From Chrysomallon squamiferum (Eukaryota > Animalia > Mollusca), in assembly GCA_012295275.1 (NCBI GenBank), contig CM022671.1, positions 36,456,001-36,520,000 on the forward strand: a stretch of 64,000 nt of DNA, written 5' to 3'. Positions 13,119 through 29,695 of the stretch are shown here, one piece after another (position 1 is the first letter of the stretch; every line of letters starts with the position of its first letter). The notes under the pieces were generated by a model that was not told the DNA's origin, made no database searches, and worked only from the letters and a program-made list of their open reading frames with translations. The position numbers and the translations under genes are program-made.

Positions 13119-14621
13119 CCAAACTGTTAGTTACATCTGTGTGTAAGTGCTTCCATCTATCCATGTGTGTGTGAGTGCTTCCATCTGTCCATCTGTGTGT
13201 GTGTGTGTATTTTGTATGTTTCTATACTAAGAAATAATATTCAGGGCTACGTCAAATCAGCCATTGAACTGTGAAGTGTAAACTGTTGAGAAACTAATCA
13301 CAAATGGGGCATAGTGAGAAAGGAAAACTGCTGTTGTATCGTGATTGCTCTTAAATAGCTGTAAGGCATTTTACATATCTACCTTCTCATAGACATTCAA
13401 TGAAATTTAGTGAACCACACGTCAATGTAACTGACAGGGGTAATACTAAATTTGCTAAGACAACGTTTTTAGTATCAGTGTTTACAAAGTCATACTGAAG
13501 CATCTGTAAGAAATTAAATAATAAAAGTGTTAAAAGGGAAGATGTACAAAAAAAGAAAAAGAAAAAGGAGTAAAATGATAAATTTAATGTCGGTGTGTAA
13601 CTATAGTTACGTGCAGGAAAAAGATATAAAATAAATGTTTGATAGAGACAAAAACAAAAATTAGCATATGAACATGATATATTTTAAGATAAGACAAAAA
13701 TATCTTATTAAGATGATTTGCTTTATTCACAATTGTAAAAAATAAATTCAGTAAATAAAATATATATATAGCTAGCTGGTTAGATTATACAATTTAAAAT
13801 TTTTTATAATGTAAAGTAATTCAAGTGAATTTGTTATATAATGTTGTACTGGAGAACATCTAATATTGTTTTTATAAATATTAAATTTGCAATTAAAATA
13901 TGTTAAAAATATTATACTAATGTTTTATGTGTATTTCAACTATTTGTAATATAAAAAATACAGAACATTTAAGCTGGTACAAAAGCACTATGCTAATCAT
14001 ACATAATGTCAGAACAATTGGAGGTCTTGTATATCAAACCATTTTATTAGTGCTGCTATTTTTAACATTATTCACAAAGTGGGTTGTGTTAACTGGTGTT
14101 AGCATAATTACATGATTGTTATATAGAAAAATACCATTAAATCAGTTTCAAATTATATACATCAATTATGAGTTCATATTTCAATATGGAGATTTTTACA
14201 AATTAGTCGATAATAAATTTGTTACATACAACAATGTGACTTTGAAGGAGAAAAAAAGCATTAATGTACACATTTTAAAAATACTAAAATTAGGAACATT
14301 TATTAATTAATTATTTTGTCTTTCTAAAAGGTTAAAAATCAGAACAAGAATGTGATACAACATATTAAATAATTTTCTCATATAAAACACACAAAAAAAT
14401 AATGTAAAGTGTTATTATTGACTGGGTTTACTTTTCATCATTTGTACAAATTAACCTTTTAATAATCCAGAGAAATCTTTGTACCAGACATTCTACAGAT
14501 TTTCACACCACTGTTTTGATTGTGACACATATCATGTATTGATTTTAAGAAATGTCAGTTCATCACCAGTGTTTGCAGTGCTGGTTACAGAAACGTGTTA
14601 GTATGTTAGAAAGGATACTCA

Positions 14622-17566
<2,945 letters not shown>

Positions 17567-17709
17567 TATGTTTCCATGGAAACAGGCTCACTGCTCGTCT
17601 CTCATAACCTGTCTACATCCTTCAAGTTTTCTATAATATTAATAAAAATAATGATGATGATGATGATAATGATGGCAATGATAATATATAATAATGATGC
17701 AGCAATTTC

Positions 17710-17786
17710 AAACACATACACCACACACACACTATACTCACACACACTACTCACACACACACACACACACTACTCACACTACACTA

Positions 17787-17820
<34 letters not shown>

Positions 17821-18216
17821 TCACAGACACTACACACACACACACACACACCACTCACACAGACACTACACACACTACTCACACACACACTCACACACAC
17901 ACACTACACACACACACACACACACCACACACACACACCACACACACACACACTCACACACCACTCACTGCTCACACACACACACACACACACACTCACA
18001 CAGTACACACACTACTCACACACACACACACACACACACACACCACTCACACACTGCTCACAGACACTACACACTACACACACACACACACACACACACT
18101 ACTCACACACACACTCACACACACACACACACTACACACACACACACACACACTACACACACACACACACACACACCACTCACACACTATTCACACTGCT
18201 CTCACAGAGACACACA

Positions 18217-18258
<42 letters not shown>

Positions 18259-18565
18259 CACCCACTACTCATACACACACCACTCACACACTACTCACAC
18301 ATTGCTCACACAGACACTACACACTACTCACACACAGTACACACACTACTCACACATTGCTCACACAGACACTACACACTACTCACACACAGTACACACA
18401 CACACTCACACACACTCACACACACTACTCACACCACTCACTATTCACACACTGCTCACACAGACACTACACACTACTCACACACACTACACTACTCACA
18501 CACTCACACACTCACACACAGAAACACACACACACACAGAAAAACACACACACACACACACACAA
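17710..18565. repeat. Interrupted (CA)n / CACACTACT compound microsatellite
   Basis: CA runs interleaved with CACTACT and CTCACACAGAC motifs. Generates spurious His-Thr ORFs. Confidence 0.95.
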
Positions 18566-21082
18566 TTACACGGAACGCCGAGATCAAACCTGCTCGAACA
18601 GACGTAGGAAAAGCAACTCAGTCTTATTAGACTATTTGATCTGATTTATAAATCGTACAAATCGTATAAAACTGAAGAAAAATGATATTTTCTTTAATCA
18701 CTGAACGGGTCACTGTGTTCACTTTCGTGTTACACTGACATAAATACACACAACTTTAAAAAAATTAACAACAGTCACACTACTGTATAATCCATGATTA
18801 TGTTACAGTGTCTCAAACCTGTAACGTATAGCGGCCTCTAAAATTCAAGTTCAATAAACGATATGACTAGTGTTCAGAGGGTCATGAAACACTTGAAGAT
18901 ATATCTATTCAATGTGATTCTCAAATATGGCAATATCTGGTATTATTAAAGTTAATAAATTTAACTTTCCTTTCAAAAAAATGTTTTTAATGGATCAGTT
19001 TATTTTCTGTTTGATTGTTACGACATCTGCAATGACTATGAACAGGCCTACATGTTAGTGTGTCACAGTTTGATACTGTCAGTTATCATATTCACAAACA
19101 TGACAAACAACAAGATATTATTAGCTATTGTGTCACTTTTAAGATAACGTATATTGTACTTGCAATAAATACCACAGTTTAATTAATAAATAAGATACCG
19201 GAAAACACTGAAATTTAAAAACGGGATTAAATATATTATTACTGTTAAAAGACTGTAAATCTAACATACCTGAATTTTCAAATCAAAGACTGGCCTCATC
19301 CGCCATTACTAATGCTATAAATAGAATAATTCAGGTAAAAGTATGTCATTTGTCAGGTGTGCTTTGTCGTTTTGTTAAATTTCGAGTTGCTTCCCTTGAT
19401 ATGAAATTGATTATTCAATTGGTTTAAATATAATTAGCATACAAACATTGTATAGTAACACAATTTTAAATCGTAATTATAATTCTTTGAAATATCAAGG
19501 TTATATATATATATATATATATATATATCGCAAAAGTGAATTTTTGTTTTTAATACTTTTTAAACAAGTTTTTGGAAATAGTATTAGATTTAAAATGATT
19601 TATTAGATTGGGTTAATTCGTGTACATTGTAACTTATATACACCCTAAATACGGAATTAATTAAATACACACTACATGTAATACATATGATATTTTAACT
19701 GCCAATCATTAATTTCTTAATTATTAAATCAGCCACTGTATATATCGTATATTTGTCTTATACTATATATTTATGCATAGGTGTATGCTTCAGTGCATAC
19801 ATACATTCATACATACAAACATTCGTATATACATACATACATACATACATACATGCATATAAATGACTATAATTTGTATTTTATTTCTGATACTGTGTAA
19901 TGTAGAAGGGCACATAATTAAACTTTTAACTAATATATTAATACAATCATAATAATGAGCTGTCAATAAGCGAATGAGGATGTAACAACACTGGTACATT
20001 TAATGTTATTCGTTATATATGTGTGTGCTTATTTATTTATTTATTTATTTATTGTTTTTGTTGTTGTTGTTGTTATTGTTATTGTTATTATATTTGATGT
20101 ATGGTCTAAAGAAAAAACTCGCTGTCGCCGATGGCTCAGTAATGTGTCTTTTATTAAGAACTGTCCAAAGACATATTCCACGTTTCGTTGTTAGTTAAAC
20201 CAGTCATGTTTTCTGTTGAAGTATCGTCTGCTTCTCCATTGATAACGTCACAGAGATAAAATAGAACAAACATACGTAAATTAATTTAGTACAAAGTTTT
20301 TCTCCTTCGTGACTCAGTCAACTACGCCATTATTTATTTGTAACGGAATTTTATGAAATACAAAATGTAGGCTGCATTCAAAGTATTGACAGGATAACCT
20401 CCCTTGTCCCGGCAATTTGTATTTTATACACGAATATTTAACTAGTTTGAACGAAGATAATATTCACGTAGAGATGATAATTACCACGTATGAAAATGTT
20501 ACAGAACTGCGAACTAAACCGACGATCTCACATTAAATAGCAGCCCTGTTCACACGATTGCAATCACAACATTGTTTTCTTTGCAATGTCTCTGTAAGTA
20601 ACTGTAATAAACAACTGTAATACATGCAATTCTGTAGTAAAACGAAATTTAAAAAAAAAAAAAAAAAAAAAGTTGTGGGTTGAAATTTTTATTGATATAA
20701 AAACATCTTGTTACAGTGATAGAAAAACATAATGTTAAGAAATGCATTCAGTGAGTAAATAAATAAAAACTAAATTTTACAGGTGTATGCTGATATAACA
20801 GAAAAAGTATTTGTGGTTATCACTCTGAAATGATCCTGGCTTCACAAATGGCAGTCCAAGACAGACTGGTGAATCAGCTCAGTTAGGAGCACTGATTTTG
20901 AGATATATATATATATTTTTTTTATTTACAAATAATCATTCTGGGTCAGTGTTCTGTTAAAAAGTAAAAGACAACAGAATTATTTTGATTTTATATATAC
21001 ACACACAGTTCCTGTGTACTACATCCATTATCATACTCATATATTAGCAATCATGCGTACTGTCACATATCAAAACTATCAA

Positions 21083-23158
21083 CTATCTTCTCATCTTCTC
21101 TTTATGTACAAGCTGATGACACATATCAACACTATCAACTATGTTCTCTTTACATACAAGTTGATGACATATATCAACACTATCAACTATCTCCTCATTC
21201 AATTCAACTCCACATGTCAGGTCTGGTTCTGACAAATCCGTTTCCCTGCTCCTCTGTAACAGACTGTCTGACCCACCACTCACCGGGGTGGACCTACTGA
21301 TGGGTGTGTCCCTGCCTGTCTGTGGGTTGTAGCCTCTCTGAACTAGATGTGAGTAAGTGGGTCGATCGTGTGATGTCAGTTTGGGAGATGGTGGTTGTGA
21401 GTGATGAGAAACTGCTGGTGGATTACTCACAGGCCCTGTTGCCATGCTGCTCATTGGCACAAACTGGTTTGTACCGACTGGAACAGGATAAACCACAAAC
21501 TGTGGGGGAGGGGGAGCTCTCACCATCATGTTGTGAGGGGGGATGTGTACAGGGGGTAGTTTCCGCTGTGGAGCAAACTGTGGGGGAGGATACGGCATTT
21601 GCGGAGCTGGATTCTGGTTTCTCCTCAAAGTCTCGTTTTCTTTATCACTTGCTGGTTTGTGTTCTGCCTCATCCTCTGAGGTGTCTGTGTCACTTTCCTC
21701 AGTTTCTGCCTCATCTTCTTCTTCTGAAATTTAACATCAAAGGTGTCATCAAAATTTATTAGTGCTATTAATGTCTGTGTTCTCTACATGTGAAGTCTGG
21801 TTATCTGAATTTATATCTGTACATATACATGTCTGTATTGTGTGTGTATCTGTACATATACATGTCTGAATTCTGTGTATCTGCACTGTTGTAAAGGTGT
21901 ACATTATGTGTATTTCATTGTATCTATTCATGTGTATCTGTTCATGTGTATATATTGGTTCTTTTTGTATCTTTTGTTATCTGTGTATATGTTGTTGTTG
22001 TTGTTTTTTTGTTTTTTTTGTTGTTTTATTATCATTTTGTAAATGACAAAGGTTTTAGTGAATCTCAGCATGAAAGTTACTGCGTTGCAGTTGTTTTCAA
22101 TTTTTTATTTTTTTTGCATCTGTGAGCTGAATACATGGATTAAATGTTTGCATTAAAATATCACAGATGTGCTTTTCTTTGTAGATTACCTTCTGACTCT
22201 TCGTCCTGTCCACTTCTTTCTTCTACATCATCATCATCATTCTCATCAACGCTTCCAGCCTCAGCCCAGTGATTCTTCCTCTGTTCAGTGTCCACCTCTT
22301 CATCTTGCTCATCTTCTGCAACCCAGTGCCGTGGTGCAGACCTCACGCGGGGCTGTATGACCCTCTCCTGGTAACTGTCCTGAGGATGGTCATCATCAGC
22401 CTGGACAAACGAATCATCTCTAGGACGAAATCCTGGATGTTTGCTTCTAGCACGAGTGTTATGGTCACTTCCTGACCGGTGGTCACTTTCATGGTAGACT
22501 GGACGTTTGCGTGGAAGTGTTTCTACTGCAAATTAATTTAACGTCAAAATAACTTACATACTCAATATTTACTAGTTTCTTGTAATACTTATTATAAAAA
22601 TATCTTTGACAACTACTACTTGTTGTAAATTTCTCTTAGCTAGTTCCATAATTTCACTCTTGCATATTTAAGAATATTTGTTTGGATGTATGGATGAATT
22701 ACTACTAGTAAATGTCATCAAACACACAGCTGATAGGTTAAATAAAAACAAAAACCAGAAAGAAAACAACTAACTATCATCAAAAACACTTTCTTCATAA
22801 CTTGGTGGTCGTTTGGTGTATGGTTCACTTTCCATAGTGACCGGAGAGTTCTGCGAGGCCCACATTCTGGTGTTGTGGTGTGCACTTCTGCTGTCATCGT
22901 TCACACTGGTGTTGATGTAGGAGAGTTTGTTCTCCACCCATGGTTTGTCATCTCCACGGTGTTTGCGGTAACATATGACAGTGACAGTGACGATGACAAT
23001 GACAGTGATTACCAACAAACCTCCGACAATACCCAGAATAGCTTCAGTAGGAATTCTCTTCTCAAACCTGATATACTCATCTCCTCCTCCAGAACTGGGA
23101 GCACCAGGGTCAGGGTCCCTGCCAGCTGTTGTAAAATAAAAATAAAAATAAAAATAAA

Positions 23159-23216
<58 letters not shown>

Positions 23217-24119
23217 GTTATAGTAATAATAATAATAATAATAGGAATAGTTATAGTAATACCACTACTACTAATAACAGTAATAATAATAATAGTAATA
23301 ATAACAGTAATAGTAATAGTAACTAATAATAATAGTAATAATAAAAGAAATAGTTATAGTAATAATAATAATAACAGTAATAGTAATAATAATAGTAACA
23401 GTAATAATAGTAACAGCAATAATAATAGTAATAGCAATAGTAATAGTAACTAATAACAATAACAATTACAGTAATAACAATAATTATAATAATAATAACA
23501 ATAAATAATAATAACAAAATGATTATAATAATAAGAATAAATAGAACAATAACAATATTAATGATGATGATAATAATAGTAAGAATAACAGCAACATTAA
23601 TAATATAATAATAACATTAATATTAATAATAAAATAACAAAAACAATAACAATAATATCTATTCATTATTTAAATATTTGTTACTTTTCCAGAGGACACC
23701 ATTACTTAAAAATGACTTTTTAAAACTTTTTACTTCTGCGAATCTGTCAGGTTATACAACACCTGATTCTAATTGGTACCAATTTGTATACAATGTCCTT
23801 TCACATGAGGTGACTGCTATACACAGGTAGGGTACTCACTATAGAGAGGTGTAACTATTAACTTGATGTCGTATCTGCTTTCTGTTGTGTCCACTGATCT
23901 CCTCTTCAACACAATAGAAATTTTATTTCCCGTGGAAAAAAATTTATCCTGCTTTTTACCAGTGTGACAGTCATAGGAACCCTAATTAAATAAAGAATAA
24001 TAATAAAAAAAATATATAAACACACAAACAAATAAATACCAAAAAAAAAAAAAAAAATAAAAATAAAAATGAAAGGTATAAATAAATACGTTAACAAAAA
24101 TGAATAAATAAAAAAAAAA

Positions 24120-24151
<32 letters not shown>

Positions 24152-25138
24152 TAAAATGTAATAACAAATTAATAAAAATAAAACAAAAAGTAAAACGAAA
24201 CAATGAATGAACAAACAAACAAACAAACAAACAAACAAACAAATAAACAAACAAACAAACAAACAAGCAGATAAACAAACAAACAAACAAACAAACAAAC
24301 AAGCAGATAAACAAAGAAATGAACTTACAAGGAGAAGCTGCTCAGGTCCTCCATCGTGGATTGTCAGTGTGACGTCACAGTCACTTATCAGCAGCTGCAC
24401 CACTTCAATCTCGAGTTTGGTGTTGGAGGCGATGACGTCAGTCTCTGACTTGAGCGACAGGTAGCAGTCGTTGAGGCCCTGCGTTGCCTCCTTTCCGCCG
24501 TTGCCGTAGACGTACGCACGACGTTTTGACAAGTCATAGACATCACCACGACAGTTAACTTTACTGTCCAAATAGACTGAAGTAACCAAATAAATAAACA
24601 AATTAAAATCTAATGATATATATTACAATTTTTAAAATTAATTAAAAATCAGATGCCAATAGCTTAATGACAATTTAAAAATAAAATAGAAAATAAAGAA
24701 ATGAAAAATATAAAAATAAAATAAAAAATAAATAAAACTTCATTATCTTTATTTTCAATGAATTGTTATTATTATTATTATTAACCACCACTTTCTAAAT
24801 AAATAAATTAATTAATAAATAAATAAACAACAAACAAACAAACAAACAAACAAACAAACAAACAAACAATTGAATAAACAAGTAAATAAATGAACAAATA
24901 ATTAATAGACAAGTAAATAAATAAATAAGTAGGTAAGTAAGCAAGTAAGTAAATACATAATAGACAAGTAATTAAGTAGGTAAGTAAGTAAATAAACAAA
25001 CAAATAAATAAATAAATGGACAAGTAAATAAATAAATACAAAGAACTAACAGTTCAGGTTGCTGTCCTGAATCTGTGCCTCTGAACTGAAAAACTGTAGG
25101 AGCAAGCTGAGTGTGAGGACTTCTTTCAGAGCAGACAT
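21083..25138 (-). CDS. Gene B: paralog of gene A (CUB-like ectodomain, single TM, PPSY motif, acidic and Pro-rich tail), ~601 aa
   Basis: Exons 25138-25051 (signal MSALKEVLTLSLLLQFFSSEA), 24576-24329, 23981-23840, 23125-22775, 22525-22190 and 21723-21083 give 1806 nt in frame. Shared with A: F.LDS..NC.G.V, SYDC, YD..LIVTPL, PTEAILGIVGG, CYRKH, SVFD, PRVR..PR.W, P.YS.L..RG..P, GVE..MRR. Confidence 0.8.
23135..23660. repeat. (AAT)n-rich compound microsatellite
   Basis: AAT/AAC/AGT trinucleotide runs in a gene B intron. Confidence 0.9.
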
Positions 25139-25189
25139 GTTGCTATAGAAACAAGTCAGTGCCAGGCTGAAATAAGAAAGGGCAATGAG

Positions 25190-25560
25190 TGACTGACTGT
25201 ATAGTCATTACTTGATACACTGACATAGTCATTACTTGATACACTGACATAATCATTACTTGATACACTGACATAGTCATTACTTGATACACTGACATAG
25301 TCATTACTTGATACACTGACATAGTCATTACTTGATACACTGACATAGTCATTACTTGATACACTGACATAATCATTACTTGATACACTGACATAGTCAT
25401 TACTTGATACACTGACATAGTCATTACTTGATACACTGACATAATCATTATTGATACACTGACATAGTCATTACATGATACACTGACATAATCATTATTT
25501 GATACACTGACATAGTCATTATTTGATACACTGACATAATCATTACTTGATTCACTGATT
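25190..25560. repeat. 24-bp minisatellite just upstream of the gene B first-coding-exon acceptor
   Basis: Unit CATAGTCATTACTTGATACACTGA, ~15 copies. Confidence 0.9.
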
Positions 25561-26585
25561 GACTTTGAATTATTGATCAACTCTTTATTTTTGATTAAAG
25601 GAAAAACAAGATCACGGCTGTTATGATGAGAATAAAACAAATGTGTGATGATCAGTGCTGGTGTTGTACAAGTCTGTGTGAACTGAGAGATGGCTGGTCA
25701 CAGGATCATTTCTCTGACACAATAGGCTAATTCCCATTCCAGCCAGTGTCTAAAGATGTATTAAAGATTGTTTACGTTTCCCTGCATAGTGCACACATCG
25801 CGACCTGTAATTATCTTTGTGTTCTTAACCATACAGCACCAAATCACATTTGGATTAAAACTAAATTGTGGGCGTCATTAAATAAGAATGTTCTTGTTTT
25901 CATCGAGTACGATTGTTACTGCAATAAACTGAATAATTAATAAAACAATAATAACCAAATACAGAGATAAATTTGTCAAAAACAACTTTCTGCATTTTAC
26001 AAAACAACTTTAACGTTCTAAAAATATGTAAACACGACTGTTTAGTACGAATGTTTTCACATGAAAGCGGGGGGCGAGTGTGGATTCCCAAATCGTGCTA
26101 CTGGCAGATTTTAAAATTTGAAAACAAACGGGACTCGTAATTATTTAGCGAGATTTAATGCTTACCATCTATTATTTAGTAACTGGGACTATTTCTAGCA
26201 GTATTAAGAAAACGACGAATACAGATATTTAAGAACACAAGCAACCTAGCTACATTCAGAACAAAAGAGACATTCACCTGACAATTCAATCTGCCATCTT
26301 GTTTCCAAAAATAGATCGTTCAGGTAATCATCACAGGTGTTATACATCGATAAATTTATTTTATTATTATTATTATTTTTTTTACCTGTGTCATTAGAGT
26401 TACCTACCTTGTCACACTAACGCGCTGTTACTTTAAATGAGGTTTTGCTAGAAACAGACAGGTGCAAGAAGTAAAAACAACATTTGTACAACAGAAGGCC
26501 ATTTAAAGAATGAAACTATTGAAAGTCCCAGAAACATGTTCTTCTTCTTCTTCTTAATTAATTAATTTATTTAAATTAAAATTAA

Positions 26586-26630
<45 letters not shown>

Positions 26631-27911
26631 TTTGCTTTATATTTTTCAAATTAAATCTTTGTGCACATTTCGCTGACCGCGCTGAAAGCTTTGCAGTGAT
26701 ATTTGAAAAAGGACAAACAGCTACCAAATATTTTATCCAAAACGTGTGAAAACCCTCAAACTTTACGTCATTGTTTCGTTAGCCAGTAAAGCAGTTATAA
26801 CCTTATTAAACGGGAGGGAAGATGGTCGGGGCGGGGGAGTTACTAATAACATGTCAGTTATTTAACCAGTATATTTGGTGATGGATTTAAATTCCTTTTT
26901 TAAAATTAACCTATAAACTTAAATAAATGTAGCAAAGTAGACAGATAACAGTGTGTAGGCGTAAGAGAATTTAAGATAAGAATGAAATAAAATTAGAAAA
27001 TAAAATAAAGAGAGAAATCTCGTTACTTGTAGCTGTTAGACTAAACATGATACGGTGTTTTACGTTCGACTTTCTCTAATCAATGATTAACCTTCCAGTT
27101 TCCTTTCTCTCTTTACGCTCAGTTATTTTAAACATTCCTTCATTCTTTTAACGTCTTAACTGAACTTTTTATAATTATTTGCTTTTTGATGGATTATAAT
27201 TATAGAAAATCAAGCACATCTTCACTTACTTAATGGAAGTGATTAATCACTTTCTGTGGGATTTTCAAGTCATGTGACTGTATGAATCAGACACTTTATC
27301 GCTTGGTCACGTCTGTCAGGTGACACAAACCTATCACTACCTGTGGACGCTATGTAGGTCATATTTCAAGATAATTCAAAATGGCTTCCACAGTTTATTT
27401 CTTGGAATGTAGGACACGACTGACCTAAGCACAGGTAAGTGTTGCTTACACCTGGGTTGATTAAAATTACAGATTGGAAACGTACCTGCTAGGACGCGAA
27501 GCGAGTTTTACCTGTTCATGTCAAGTCATATATACTTTAAAATTTATATTAATTTATTGTGTTCTCTTTATTTGTCAGCAGGATTCAGTTGAAAGGATGA
27601 CAACAATAATACAAATTATTAAAATAACGTAAATTACTCTTTAAAAGTGTGATCTCGTACGATTCATGAAATAAACGTAGACTCACGGCTGTTATCATTA
27701 TAACTCGTTCGCTGTTACTCGTTCAGTGACATTTAATTCCAGCTTCTTTATTCACTCACATTCACACACCTATACGACATACTTAACATGATCTTAACAC
27801 ATATACAAAACGAAACATACACACATATTCAATAATTAAGCCTATTGTCACTAAAACGTTTTGGACGTATATCTTCATGGTATTTAATTAATTCAATGAT
27901 TAATTAATTTA

Positions 27912-27957
<46 letters not shown>

Positions 27958-28132
27958 TGCAGTAACAGTAGCAGCAGTAGTAGTAGTAATTAATTAATTT
28001 ATTATTGTTGTTGTTAATCATCATCATCATCATCGTTATTATTATTAATAATAAAAATGATGAAGCGGTAACAGTGGTATTATAATAAGATAACACTAAT
28101 TATTTCAGAGTAAATGAAATGGTATAACAAAT

Positions 28133-29634
28133 ATGGAGTTTTCTCTAACATGGTGGTACGTGCTGCTTGTTGTGTTGGGAGTGTGTAGATGGGCGAGTTC
28201 AGATACTATATGTAAGTATGAAACATTTACTTGATTGTGTTTATAATACAAAATGATTTTTGGATTACTGTAATCTGTATTGAATTCAGCCCTTTAGTAT
28301 GATTTACTTAAAGATCCTTGTTTACCAAAGATCCTAAATCAGAATTACCGAATGTACTATATCCAAAAGCTAATGACAGAAAATGAAACACTTTATTCCA
28401 GTAAAACTAATTATAGAAAATTAATTACTTTGTTGTAATGACGTAAATGATAACCAAACATTTGACATCAATTATAGAAATTTAAATACTTTGTTATAAT
28501 GACGTCAGTGATAATCAAATATTTGATATGCAGTCTAATTAATTATAGAAAATTAATTACTTTGTTATAATGACGTCAGTGATAACTAAATATGTATCCA
28601 GTATAACTAATTATAGAAAATTAATAAAAATTTTTTTTATGAATGAAATCAAACTTTTTACATTCAGTATAACATCCTTATATATATATTTTTTCTTACT
28701 ATATTATAGTGACGTAAGTCAACATTTTTGCATCCGATATATTTAATGACAGAAAATTAAATACTTTTGCTGTAGAGATGTAAAACTGATGTGCTTCTTG
28801 TGTCAGTGGACACAATCAGTTTAAATAATTGTTTAATTTCAGTGGAGATGGACAAATATTCTGTATGCGGAAAAGAGTTCTTTATCAACGACAACGACGT
28901 CACGTTGATGTGGCCGTCAAAAGTAGCTCCTTCAAACCCGCCTCTAGAATGTATAGTTTTTCTAACATCCGGGTACTCGGAGACAAGCGGAGGCTACAAA
29001 CTACAGATAGTCGTGGAGGCGCTCGACATACGAGACTGCAGCGTCCATCTTGACTTTTTTAATGGTCGCGGGACATACGGAAGTTTCATAGTAAGAAAAC
29101 ATGTTAAAAATATATATACAGTATGATAATTATTATCATTAAAAAAAAAAACAAAATCTAAACAAAACACATTATTACTAATATAACTGTGTCTTGTTTC
29201 TCTCTTTGTCTGGAATTTTTGTCTGTGTATCTATTGTCTTTCTTTAACAATTTTATTTTATTTTATTTTATTTTATTTTATTTTATTTTATTTTAATGTA
29301 TTACAGAGAGCTATTGGGTGTGGTAGCAAAAGTACAGACGTGATGTACTCGACGGGAAACCAAATCACCGTGCGGTTAGCACGGAACCAGGCTCTGTATG
29401 AAACAGGAAACATGTTCGTCTTCAAAATTCGATCTTACAGTAAGTTCCTTAAAAACAGAAGTGTTCATCTACTGCATGTGAATTAGTTGTAACTTTTCTA
29501 ATCGTTTCAACACGATCGAGTTAATACATTGTTACGAGTCTTTACAGTTGATTGTAGTTAAATAAGTGGACATTTCTGGTTCACAGCTTTTTATCTAAAA
29601 ACTTTTTTGTTGAATAATGTGTGTGTGTGTGTGT

Positions 29635-29695
<61 letters not shown>

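Noticed and set aside
17576-18644. Long His/Thr-rich ORFs (343 and 316 aa)
   Set aside because: Translations of a (CA)n-type microsatellite that lacks stops in several frames; no coding signature.
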